Source: Calditrichota bacterium (GTDB lineage: Bacteria > Calditrichota > Calditrichia > JAJRVZ01). From it: 49,127 bases of DNA. The stretch covers positions 1 through 49,127 of the forward strand of contig JAJRVZ010000063.1 in assembly GCA_024277055.1 (NCBI GenBank). The letters are read 5' to 3'. The notes below the pieces were generated by a model. The model was not told the origin of the DNA. It did no database searches and worked only from the letters and a program-made list of their open reading frames with translations. The number at the start of each line of letters is the position of its first letter. Position 1 is the first letter of the stretch. A program made the translations under genes and the position numbers. Below, piece by piece: positions 17,918-26,627 of the stretch.

Positions 17918-19594
17918 TTATTCTTCCCAGCTTTTGCGTGCTGTCCGGCCATAAACATGACCGTGGTTTCTGATGGTTTTGGAAAATACGCCGTAAACAG
18001 GTTCTGAAATTCCGTCAGCGGCCTGGAGAAAAAGATCTTTAAGGCCGTTTTCAATATCCGTTAATTCATTGTTCACCCGGCTTCCGCTGATGGAGTGAAT
18101 CTGGTTTATTGCCGTTTCAAGTGCGGAAATTTCTGCGTCGACAGTGATCGTATTGCGACGGATATTGCTTAAAATCTCATTCAGACTTTCCAGATATGCT
18201 TTAATCTCCGAGTGTGTCGAATCAAATTTTCCGAAGAAATTATCCGTATATACCTGTTTAAAGGCACCAACACTGATCAAAGCTGAATCCAGTTTGCTAA
18301 ATATCGAAGAATAGGATTTGTTGCCCGGAATTCCATAAACAAAACCGTGCAGTCCTTTGTAGGCTCCCATCACCTGAGTGTCATTCAGTTTTTCAAGACT
18401 GAGATCCAATTCTTTGGTTTTAATAAAAACTTCCGTATTGCGGCGATATTTTTCCTTGATTGCAAGATAGGATTTGCGAACGGAATCCAGCTGCGCAAGG
18501 TAGCCTTCAAAAGCCGGAATAATAGGCAGTGATTTTGCTTCCTCGATATACGGCAATGAATTCTTCTCCAGAAAATCCGCAAGTAACGGACATTCGACTC
18601 TCAGACCGAGTGTATCCTGGAATTGCATAAAATATTCGTTGCCGCCAATGGGGGGTACAAAGTTTTCCGGACTCAAATTGATGATCATCGAATCAATTTC
18701 CGATAAGCGGTACATAGCTCCTTTTTCCGTAATCAGAAAATCGGTCAGAAACTCTTTGTAAACCGTATCCAGATCATTTACCGCGTCTTGAACATCCTTC
18801 GACGATCCGGAAAGTTTTTTAGCCGTGATATTTTTAAATCCGTCATTGGTGGCGGTCAGGAAATCCGCAACACGATCGGCAACGCTGGTGTGGTTTTTGA
18901 GATCGGTGGAATTCACTTTATTCATAAAAGCGCTGATACGTGCCGACAAGGGCGACCAATCGTCAGCCATATTGGCAAAATCGATATTTGCCAGATGTTC
19001 AATTACGGATGTTGACAGATGTACGGCCCGTTGTGCGGCAACCTGCAGGGAATAATCAGTCAGGTCACGTCTCAGCTGCAGCAGAGAGTCGAGGCTGAGA
19101 CTGGCAAGACGATAATCCTCATGCTGCAAGCCGGATCGCAGTCCGATCAGATCCTGCTTCAGCTGATTGGATTCCTGCAGAATTTCATCATACTTTCTGA
19201 AAAAGCGTTCATTATTCGTCAAATCATTTTCAGTATTTACAATATTCTGGGAAATTGCGATCAGATTTTTAACAATCGGAACACTGAAAAAAGTCTCGAG
19301 GGCATTTTTCAGACGCCTGGTATGGGCAACAATTTTTCGGCGCTGGGCCAAAATCGAATCGTTTTTTATAGCCTGTAAAAGGGTATCCTGTGATTGAGCA
19401 TATTTACCAAAATTTCGGAAAAAGTATCTTTGCGCTTCATATATACTTATCATATTTGAGCGGCAAACTGCGGTTTGTGCCTCTTCCTCTTCCCAAATCT
19501 GGCCAGGAATTATAATAACAAAGATCAAAGCAATCGCCAAAACTGCAATCAGCAATTTAAGCACGAGTGATCCTTTCGCTTGCTGAGTAGACAT
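17918..19594 (-). CDS. Large pilin/pseudopilin-like protein (N-terminal pilin-like helix plus about 480 aa of helical sequence)
   Basis: The ORF is 17918..19627. I prefer the ATG at 19594, preceded by GGAGGCGTA. The N-terminus MSTQQAKGSLVLKLLIAVLAIALIFVIIIPGQ...AVCRSNMISIYEAQRYF resembles a prepilin leader plus alpha1 helix plus the C-x-SN-[LM]-xxI segment. Position +5 is K, not E. Confidence 0.5.
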   Translation of the reverse strand: MSTQQAKGSLVLKLLIAVLAIALIFVIIIPGQIWEEEEAQTAVCRSNMISIYEAQRYFFRNFGKYAQSQDTLLQAIKNDSILAQRRKIVAHTRRLKNALETFFSVPIVKNLIAISQNIVNTENDLTNNERFFRKYDEILQESNQLKQDLIGLRSGLQHEDYRLASLSLDSLLQLRRDLTDYSLQVAAQRAVHLSTSVIEHLANIDFANMADDWSPLSARISAFMNKVNSTDLKNHTSVADRVADFLTATNDGFKNITAKKLSGSSKDVQDAVNDLDTVYKEFLTDFLITEKGAMYRLSEIDSMIINLSPENFVPPIGGNEYFMQFQDTLGLRVECPLLADFLEKNSLPYIEEAKSLPIIPAFEGYLAQLDSVRKSYLAIKEKYRRNTEVFIKTKELDLSLEKLNDTQVMGAYKGLHGFVYGIPGNKSYSSIFSKLDSALISVGAFKQVYTDNFFGKFDSTHSEIKAYLESLNEILSNIRRNTITVDAEISALETAINQIHSISGSRVNNELTDIENGLKDLFLQAADGISEPVYGVFSKTIRNHGHVYGRTARKSWEE

Positions 19595-19841
19595 TACGCC
19601 TCCGAAGAAAATTGAAGTAGTTATCAAGTACAGATAGCTTAAATTCCGCCGAAGTTAAACATTAAACAAATTAATGTCAATCTCTTTTTTCGTTTCAAAT
19701 ACGCGATAACTTCACAATTTATAATCACTTCGAGAAATGACAATTCATCTTTCCTCTCCGCTTTTAAGTTGCAATGATACAGGCTTTTTCCTAAAATAGC
19801 CTTCGCACTTCCACAAGACTCTAATATTATCAGGAATAAAG

Positions 19842-21812
19842 GTGAGATTGTTTATATCGACAGTGATCGTTGGGTGCCTGCTTTTCTCATGTAGTCCCGA
19901 CGAGCAGGAAATTTCCAATGCAATCCATCGGCTGGAATTCAAAAGAGTAACAGCAAAGGACAAATGGGACTCTTTTCTTTGTTCGGAAAATGAAAATGTT
20001 CGACGACTGGCCGTTCTCAGCGTCGCCAAAATCCAGAATCCTTTGCTGCTCGATCTTCTGGAACCCCTGTTGAATGATGCGTCAACAGGAGTGCGCGAGG
20101 CGGTTGTATTCGCACTGGGACAAATCGGTGGTGAACGTTCCGAAAGATTACTGATCAGTACTTTTGAGAAACAGACCGGTGTTTTCTGGAAATCAGCTGT
20201 AATCAATTCGCTGGGACGTTGCGGTAAACAGGTGGCGTGGCAATGGCTGAACAAACTAAAAAACCATTCGGATGATGCGTTGCTTCCGGAAATAATCCGT
20301 GCGATGGCGTTTATTTACCCGCGCCTTGTCGACATTGAAGCGGATATTGCATGGTTAAAAAAAATGCTGAACAGCAAAAACAGCGAAATTCGGACTGCCG
20401 CAGCCTATTTCTGTTCGAGACATCCGCAACCGGAATTGTCGGTGGTATTTATGAAAGTCCGGTTCGATACGAAAAAAACAGGTGAGAAGTACCGTCTGAA
20501 AGCTCTGTACAAATCCCTGTCCGGGAATAAACAGGTTTTGCGGGACAGTATTATCGCACAAAGGCTGAAAGCCCAGCTGGTTTCCCGGCTGCAGACAAAG
20601 CATATTCCATGGCAGACCAGATATCATGCCATTAAGCTGCTGGGTGGTTTTGCGGATTCTCTTGCGGTTGAAGTGCTCGCCCCTCTGCTGAACGACGGAA
20701 TACCGCATATTCGCGCCGCCACCATTGATGCGCTGGCAACGATGGAATTCCCCCCGGCCAATCATACTCTTATGAAATATTATGAAAAAGCAGGATGGCG
20801 CGACAAGGGGTTGATTATCCGGGCGCTTTCTTCGAAATATACAAAATTAGCCCACCGGTTGATACAACAGAATCTGAACCGCGGATCGACCTATTTCAAA
20901 CAATTGCTGTTACAGTCACTGGGCCGCATAGACGAGCCCTATTCTCTGAAACAATTAAAACAGTTTCTGCGCGTGCCGGATAAAAGACTGCAAATGACGG
21001 CATTTGCAGAGCTGGACAAACGGAACCGTATCAACAGGGATGATGCCCGCCGATTCCTGCTGAGCAAAGATTTGGCATTTACTACACTGGCGGCCAATTG
21101 GTTTGCGGAAAACCCGGAAGATGCCTCTCTACTTGATTTAAAGGAAGCATTTTCACATTTTAAAGAACCCGTCGGCGTGGAACCGATGCAGGCAATCATC
21201 GAAGCGGTGTCTGCAATTAACAATTCCGCGGCTCAAAAATTTCTGCAGCAGGTGTTTGAAACGGCAAAAGCAAAACCGCTGGTTGAGTCGGCCGGAAAGG
21301 GGTTGGAAAAATCGGGACTCAGCGTATCCCGGCGGGAAGCCGGTGATGTACCGTTGTTTGTAGCGGATTCGTTATTTCTGGAAAAAGATTCACTGATCGC
21401 CGAAATTAAGACCAGCCGCGGTTTTGTTAAAATTAAGCTGCTGCCGAAGATTGCACCGGCGACCGTCGGCAGTTTTGTTCAACTGGCCCGAAAGAAATTT
21501 TACAACGGGCTTACTTTTCACCGGGTGGTGCCGGATTTTGTAGTGCAGGGCGGCGACCCTCGGGGCGATGGATGGGGAGGGCCCGGGTACAGTATTCCGT
21601 GTGAGTACAACCGGCATCCTTATCTGCGCGGAACCGTGGGCATGGCCACCGCCGGCAAAGATACGGGCGGCAGCCAGTTTTTTATCTGCCACTCGGAACA
21701 ACCGCATTTGAACGGCCGTTACACGGTATTCGGTGAAGTTGTGGATGGAATGGATGTGGTTGACAATCTTGAAATCGATGATAAAATTATTTCTGTAGTA
21801 ATTAAAAGATAG
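19842..21812 (+). CDS. HEAT-repeat lipoprotein fused to a cyclophilin-type peptidyl-prolyl cis-trans isomerase
   Basis: 656-aa ORF with a GTG start after AGGAA and the lipobox LLFSC. HEAT-like repeats include VRRLAVLSVAKI, VREAVVFALGQIG, IRTAAAYFC and IRAATIDALA. The C-terminal 170 aa carry FHRVVPDFVVQGGDP, GTVGMATAGKDTGGSQFFI and VFGEVVDGMDVV. Confidence 0.85.
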   Translation: MRLFISTVIVGCLLFSCSPDEQEISNAIHRLEFKRVTAKDKWDSFLCSENENVRRLAVLSVAKIQNPLLLDLLEPLLNDASTGVREAVVFALGQIGGERSERLLISTFEKQTGVFWKSAVINSLGRCGKQVAWQWLNKLKNHSDDALLPEIIRAMAFIYPRLVDIEADIAWLKKMLNSKNSEIRTAAAYFCSRHPQPELSVVFMKVRFDTKKTGEKYRLKALYKSLSGNKQVLRDSIIAQRLKAQLVSRLQTKHIPWQTRYHAIKLLGGFADSLAVEVLAPLLNDGIPHIRAATIDALATMEFPPANHTLMKYYEKAGWRDKGLIIRALSSKYTKLAHRLIQQNLNRGSTYFKQLLLQSLGRIDEPYSLKQLKQFLRVPDKRLQMTAFAELDKRNRINRDDARRFLLSKDLAFTTLAANWFAENPEDASLLDLKEAFSHFKEPVGVEPMQAIIEAVSAINNSAAQKFLQQVFETAKAKPLVESAGKGLEKSGLSVSRREAGDVPLFVADSLFLEKDSLIAEIKTSRGFVKIKLLPKIAPATVGSFVQLARKKFYNGLTFHRVVPDFVVQGGDPRGDGWGGPGYSIPCEYNRHPYLRGTVGMATAGKDTGGSQFFICHSEQPHLNGRYTVFGEVVDGMDVVDNLEIDDKIISVVIKR

Positions 21813-21821
21813 GGGAGTAAA

Positions 21822-22574
21822 ATGCGTGTTTTAATCAGTTTTTTCTGCGTTCTGTTTTTAATTGGAGTTGGCTTTGCACAAAATGATGCGGCGGCACAGA
21901 TCAGTATCGGGGACAGCCTGTATAACGTCTATGACAATACCGGAGCCCTGAAGGCCTATCAGGCGGCACTGGAACTGGATTCGAACAATTATGAAGCCTA
22001 CTGGAAAGCCGCCCGTGCGGCCGTGGATGTCGGCGAAACACTGGAAGATGAACCGCGCGAGCAGCATTATAAAATGGGTGCAAAATATGCCCGGCTGGCC
22101 ACAAAGGTAAATCCCGAAGGCAGTAAAGGACATCTGTACCTGAGCATAGCACTCGGCCGGGTGGCCCTGGATGCCGGAGCGAAGGAAAGAATCCGTTTGA
22201 GTAAAGAGATAAAAAAAGAGGTGGATCTCGCCCTGAAATATGATCCCAATGATGATATCGCCTGGCATGTTTTGGGGCGCTGGCATCGTAAGCTTTCCAA
22301 CCTGAGCTGGATTGAAAAAGGATTCGCCAACATGTTTCTGGGTGGCGTACCCAAAGACGCCAGCGAAGAAAAGGCGGTGAACAGTTTCAAAAAAGCCATC
22401 GAACTTAATCCCGACCATATTAACCATCATCTTGAACTGGGTATTACCTACGAGATGATCGGCAACGACGAGCTGGCCGCCGAAGAATATAAAAAGGTGC
22501 TGGAAATGCCTAAAAAAGACAGCGACGATGATAATCATAAAGCCGAGGCAAAGGAGCGACTGGAAGACCTTTAA
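21822..22574 (+). CDS. Secreted TPR protein
   Basis: 250-aa ORF with a signal peptide ending GFAQ. TPR-like helices include ALKAYQAALELDSNNYEAYW and KAIELNPDHINHHLELG. GGGGAG precedes the ATG. Confidence 0.7.
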   Translation: MRVLISFFCVLFLIGVGFAQNDAAAQISIGDSLYNVYDNTGALKAYQAALELDSNNYEAYWKAARAAVDVGETLEDEPREQHYKMGAKYARLATKVNPEGSKGHLYLSIALGRVALDAGAKERIRLSKEIKKEVDLALKYDPNDDIAWHVLGRWHRKLSNLSWIEKGFANMFLGGVPKDASEEKAVNSFKKAIELNPDHINHHLELGITYEMIGNDELAAEEYKKVLEMPKKDSDDDNHKAEAKERLEDL

Positions 22575-22576
22575 AA

Positions 22577-23317
22577 ATGGATTTTGGAATTTCGTTTGAT
22601 TTCTGGAATACACTTTTTGCGGATGGAGACGAACCCTTGCGCAGGGAGAAGCGCAAACAGCTCCTGTTAAAAACGGCGCAAAAATACCGTCCTGCGGTTT
22701 ATGAGGAAATTGACCGGGCCTTTGCCGTCGCCACAGATTTTTTTATTACCGAATGGCGGAACAGGCACCGCACGCCGACAACCATCGAGCGGCTGGAACT
22801 TATTTTTACAGTGCTGGAAATAGAAATCAGCCCTTCGGATATTAATGAACTGGCTGAAAAATTTGGTGCCATGGTTTTTGAAATCCGCCCCGGAAGTATC
22901 GAAGGTGTTGCACAGGTGCTGGAAAAATTATCCGTCTCCTATCCGCTGGGCATCATTTCAGATACCGGATATGTGAACGGTAAATTTCTGCGCGGTTTTC
23001 TTGAACAGGAAGGCTGTCTGCAGTATTTTCGTTCGCTGATATTTTCAGACGAAGTGGGGGTTTCCAAACCGCAATTACAGGTATTCGAGCAGACGGCTGA
23101 AACACTCGGTGTTCCGATAGGACAGCTGGTCCATATTGGCGATCTCGAACCTACGGATATTACCGGCGCAAATCAGGCCGGAGCTGTCAGTGTTCTGTTC
23201 AGCGGGGCGAATAACCGTTACGCAAATGAAACCCGGGCGCAATACGTTTTCGACAATTATGACCGGTTGCCGGATATTCTTGCCGAGATAGTATCCGAAC
23301 AGAAAGTCCGGGCATGA
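22577..23317 (+). CDS. HAD-superfamily hydrolase (subfamily IA-like)
   Basis: 246-aa ORF. Motif I is FDFWNTL, where the nucleophile Asp is present but the D+2 position is Trp, as in dehalogenase-like members (DxYGT). Motif II is ISDT. Motifs III/IV are K...HIGDLEPTDITGA. Confidence 0.7.
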   Translation: MDFGISFDFWNTLFADGDEPLRREKRKQLLLKTAQKYRPAVYEEIDRAFAVATDFFITEWRNRHRTPTTIERLELIFTVLEIEISPSDINELAEKFGAMVFEIRPGSIEGVAQVLEKLSVSYPLGIISDTGYVNGKFLRGFLEQEGCLQYFRSLIFSDEVGVSKPQLQVFEQTAETLGVPIGQLVHIGDLEPTDITGANQAGAVSVLFSGANNRYANETRAQYVFDNYDRLPDILAEIVSEQKVRA

Positions 23318-23364
23318 CTACAAAATATCGGAATTTCTGATTTTAAAAATACAGGGTTTGAAAA

Positions 23365-23988
23365 ATGCATATTCCCGATGGTTTACTGGACACAAAAACC
23401 ACCGTAATAACCGCCGCAGTCAGCCTCCCTGTGCTGACGTACGCCGCCCGGAAAGTTAAAAACGAACTGGATGATAAATACATCCCGGTTACGGCAGCGT
23501 TGGCAGCTTTTGTTTTCATCGCCCAGATGATAAACTTCCCCATTTCCGCGGGTACTTCAGGCCATTTGATCGGGGCCTTTCTGTTGACTTTCCTGATCGG
23601 GCCCTGGTTGAGTATGTTGACAATTACTCTTGTTCTTCTGGTGCAGGCTTTTCTGTTTCAGGACGGGGGCATTCTTGCCCTTCCGGCGAATATTCTGAAT
23701 ATGGCGGTGATTGCCCCGCTGGCTTCCGTTGTGTGGATAAAACTTTTCAGCAGAACTAAATCCTGGATACGGCACCTGCAGATCGTTCCGGGTGCGATTT
23801 TTTCGCTGGCCTGTATGTCATTTATTGGTGCAATGGAATTGTGGACGTCGGGGTTGTTCGAATTCCGTTTTATCAGCAGTACCCTGGTAGGCGCACATCT
23901 GATTGTCGGCCTGGGTGAGGGATTTATCAGCCTGATGATCATCCGTTTCGTGCAAAAAGTGAAACCGGAACTGACTTATGCGTCCTGA
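23365..23988 (+). CDS. cbiM: ECF-type Co/Ni transporter substrate-capture component CbiM/NikM
   Basis: The 207-aa ORF starts MHIPDGLLD, the hallmark Met-His metal-binding N-terminus. It is a multi-TM protein. Confidence 0.85.
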   Translation: MHIPDGLLDTKTTVITAAVSLPVLTYAARKVKNELDDKYIPVTAALAAFVFIAQMINFPISAGTSGHLIGAFLLTFLIGPWLSMLTITLVLLVQAFLFQDGGILALPANILNMAVIAPLASVVWIKLFSRTKSWIRHLQIVPGAIFSLACMSFIGAMELWTSGLFEFRFISSTLVGAHLIVGLGEGFISLMIIRFVQKVKPELTYAS

Positions 23989-24259
23989 GCGAATAAAACA
24001 ATTACTGGCGGCGGCCGTTCTCATTCCGGTGATTTTATTGCTGGTGCGTCTGGCAAGTGAAAAGCCGGATATTCTGGAAACTTCCGTTGAAAATATTCCA
24101 CTGAATTCCGAAGGTTGGTCACTGTTCGGCGGCTATAAAATTCCGGGTATCGGTGACGGGATTCTCGGAACAGCTCTGGTATTGATCATCGGTTGTGTGG
24201 TTTTGTACCTGTTGATTATTGTTTTGCTGAAACCGTTGCGTTCCAAAAATGAAACATGA
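23978..24259 (+). CDS. PDGLE-domain small membrane protein (in the CbiN/NikN position)
   Basis: 93-aa ORF with two TM helices flanking EKPDILETS (PDGLE-like). It overlaps both cbiM and cbiQ by 11 nt. Confidence 0.55.
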   Translation: MRPERIKQLLAAAVLIPVILLLVRLASEKPDILETSVENIPLNSEGWSLFGGYKIPGIGDGILGTALVLIIGCVVLYLLIIVLLKPLRSKNET

Positions 24260-25001
24260 TTTTATTGATCATCACAGCCATGGCCACAGTTTTTTCCATC
24301 GACGGGCTGCTGTTGATAAAATACTGATTTTTTTATTGATTACGATTGATGTACTTTTTCTGCCTTTTAATTTTCCCCTGAAACCGGCCTTGCTTATTGC
24401 AGTTGAAATCATCCTGCTTTTATCCACCCGCGTTCCTTTTATGCATATTGTATCAAAGTTTTTAAAGGTGATCTGGATTGTGCTGCTGATAACCCTCCTT
24501 CTGCCTTTCTTCGGAAACGAACCGGGAGGTGAATTGTTCGGTTTTCAATGGTATCGGGATGGTTTGCTGCGTACGGCAACGGTGTTAACGCGCAGCAGTA
24601 TTTTGCTGTTGGGTGTCATTTTTCTTAACCTGACAACTCCCTTTGAAGAGCTATTGAATGGGTTGCAGCAGCTGAAAACGCCAAAGGTTGTTATTACCTT
24701 ACTGGCCTTCATGTACCGTTTTATTTTCATATTAATCGATGAACTGGAGAGGGTACAAATCGGTTGGACGTCCCGCTATATTTACCTGAAAGCGGACAGC
24801 CGTTCGGTTTATCTGGCTAATATTGTAGGGGCATTATTTGTTCGAACCATCGAGCGCGGCGAAAGAACCTACGCGGCGATGATTTCTCGCGGATTTGAAG
24901 GCGGAAGTGCGGTTCCGGATCCGCGCCGGGAAAAAGAATTTAATTTCGAAATGACCGTTATCTTTTTTATAGTTCTTTTTTTTATAGAATTTGTTACCTG
25001 A
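24249..25001 (+). CDS. cbiQ: ECF transporter transmembrane (T) component CbiQ
   Basis: 250-aa multi-TM ORF. The N-terminus IDHHSHGHSFFHRRAAVDKIL fits the CbiQ pattern (xSxLHxLDPRxKL). The ERGERTYAAMISRGF region fits the conserved coupling helices. Confidence 0.75.
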   Translation: MKHDFIDHHSHGHSFFHRRAAVDKILIFLLITIDVLFLPFNFPLKPALLIAVEIILLLSTRVPFMHIVSKFLKVIWIVLLITLLLPFFGNEPGGELFGFQWYRDGLLRTATVLTRSSILLLGVIFLNLTTPFEELLNGLQQLKTPKVVITLLAFMYRFIFILIDELERVQIGWTSRYIYLKADSRSVYLANIVGALFVRTIERGERTYAAMISRGFEGGSAVPDPRREKEFNFEMTVIFFIVLFFIEFVT

Positions 25002-25062
25002 TTGGTATAAGTACGAATTGAAAAACATTATTAATTCGGCCACGGTTACGGATATTGAAAAA

Positions 25063-25124
25063 GGTACTTTGGCGGAGGGAGGCAAACGTTTCTTCGGTGA
25101 AGAAAGTTAAAAAGCCAAAGTACC
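25063..25124. repeat. Nested stem-loop in the cbiQ-GT4 spacer
   Basis: The outer stem is a perfect 11 bp, GGTACTTTGGC (25063-25073) paired with GCCAAAGTACC (25114-25124). The inner hairpin is 7 bp, TTTCTTC-ggt-GAAGAAA (25089-25105). Confidence 0.4.
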
Positions 25125-25304
25125 CGCCCAAAATATAGGTAATCGCACAGGAGATTGCAAGAGTAGTTAGTTTAATAAAAATTATACCTTTGCTTGTTGG
25201 CAATTTTTAAGGTTTCAATTGAATATCATTTCAAGTTCGCGGTAGGTGGTTGTCACTGTTTTTCTCAGCTTTTTCAGCAATACCGGATTTCGTAAATTAA
25301 AACT

Positions 25305-26627
25305 ATGGCAACGATGAAAAAGGTACTGGTTATAACATACTACTGGCCGCCGGCCGGCGGGCCGGGGGTACAGCGGATTTTAAAATTCGTGAAATACCTG
25401 CCGCAATACGGCTGGCAGCCTGTCGTGCTGACCGTGGAGAAAGGGGACTATCCGGCACTCGATCCGTCAATGCTGGATGAAGTACCGCGGGAGTGCAAAG
25501 TCGTTCATATTCCGATTCTGGAACCACACGCCTTGTATCGCAGGTTGACCGGAAAAAAACCGGAAACCAATATTCCCGTAGCCGTACTGGCACAAAACAA
25601 AAACCTCTCCGGACCGGAACGGATTATGAACTGGTTGCGGGCCAATGTGTTTTTACCCGACGCCCGTGTCGGCTGGTATTTTTCCGCTTCGAAGAGGGCG
25701 ATTGAACTGATTCGCTCGGAAAAAATAGACGCTTTACTGGTAACTTCCCCCCCGCATTCACTGCAACTGATCGGAAAACGGGTCAGGGAAAAAACCGGAA
25801 TCCCTTTTATTGCCGATTATCGTGATCCGTGGACGGATATTCATTATTACCAGAATATGGATCGTTTATCCGTTTCGCAAAATTTTGATAAAAGACTGGA
25901 AACCAAAGCCCTGAATGCTGCTGACCGTGTCGTCACCGTCAGTCCGCAGCTGGCCCGGAAATTTGGCGAAATTACAACAAAACCCGTCAAAGTGATTTTC
26001 AATGGATACGACGGGTAGGATTTTGAAAATGATTCAACGAAAGTGGATGATTCAAAGTTTGTTATTTCATATATTGGCAACCTGAAAGCCAATCAAAATC
26101 CGCAAGCCCTGTGGCGGGCTCTGGTTGCATTGTTGGACGAGAACCCATCACTGTCTGAGCAACTGGAATTGAATTTTACAGGACGCAGTCATGCCGATTG
26201 CCGGGAGGCTGTTAAAAAAAACGGGTTGCAGAGAATCGTGTACTTTAACGATTATGTTCCGCATCATGAAGCAATCCGGGCCATGCGACGATCCGCGGCA
26301 CTGCTGTTTATTATACCTCGGGCAAAGGGTAACGAGGGAATTTTAACAGGCAAACTGTTTGACTATCTGGCGGCGGGCAGGCCCTTTCTGGCTATCGGTC
26401 CGACCGGTGGAGATGCTGCAAAAATTCTGCTGGAAACGAATGCCGGTGAAATGCTGGATTATGAAAATGAAGCCGGAATAAAATCACGAATAAGCCGATT
26501 GTTTGCTGCCTGGCAAAAGGGTAAAATAGTGGAAACCGCCCCGCGGACATCGACAGTGAAAAACTATGAACGCAGTAAACTGACGGGAGAACTGGCGAAG
26601 CTTCTCGATGAAACACAGGTGGGATAA
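25305..26627 (+). pseudogene. GT4-family glycosyltransferase interrupted by one in-frame TAG (26016-26018)
   Basis: Fragments 25305..26018 and 26043..26627 are in the same frame (738 nt apart, which is 246 codons). The read-through is ...KVIFNGYDG*DFENDSTKVDDSKFVISYIGNL, which matches the usual NGYDxxDF...F.I.Y.GNL junction between the two Rossmann domains. The C-terminal part has the GT-B donor-domain pattern (FIIPRAKGNEGILTGKLFDYLAAGRPFLAIG). Confidence 0.65.

Noticed and set aside
21858-22613. A 251-aa ORF on the minus strand that is almost exactly antisense to the TPR gene at 21822-22574
   Set aside because: The plus-strand product has a signal peptide, clear TPR helices and an SD. The antisense product is low-complexity and hydrophobic, with no start context. 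It is a typical shadow ORF of a gene rich in GAA/AAA/GCC codons.
23318-23364. A cobalamin or Ni/Co riboswitch expected upstream of cbiM
   Set aside because: Only 47 nt separate the HAD gene stop from the cbiM ATG. That is far too short for a B12 element, and no conserved B12-box-like sequence was seen.
25110-25123. The 14-mer AAAAGCCAAAGTAC is shared between the cbiQ spacer (25110-25123) and the hypC-hypD spacer (45115-45128), which might suggest a common repeat family
   Set aside because: Flanking sequence does not align. Several exact 14-mer coincidences are expected by chance when comparing 49 kb with itself on both strands.
24994-25203. A 69-aa minus-strand ORF in the cbiQ-GT4 spacer
   Set aside because: It has no SD. 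The sequence is dominated by translation of the inverted repeat, and no family resemblance was seen. The region is better described as a structured non-coding spacer.
26016-26018. The in-frame TAG in the GT4 gene as evidence of stop-codon reassignment or pyrrolysine
   Set aside because: TAG cleanly terminates at least three well-supported genes in the window (stops at 21810-21812, 33798-33800 and 36058-36060). No pyl genes are visible. A point nonsense mutation or a sequencing error is more parsimonious.
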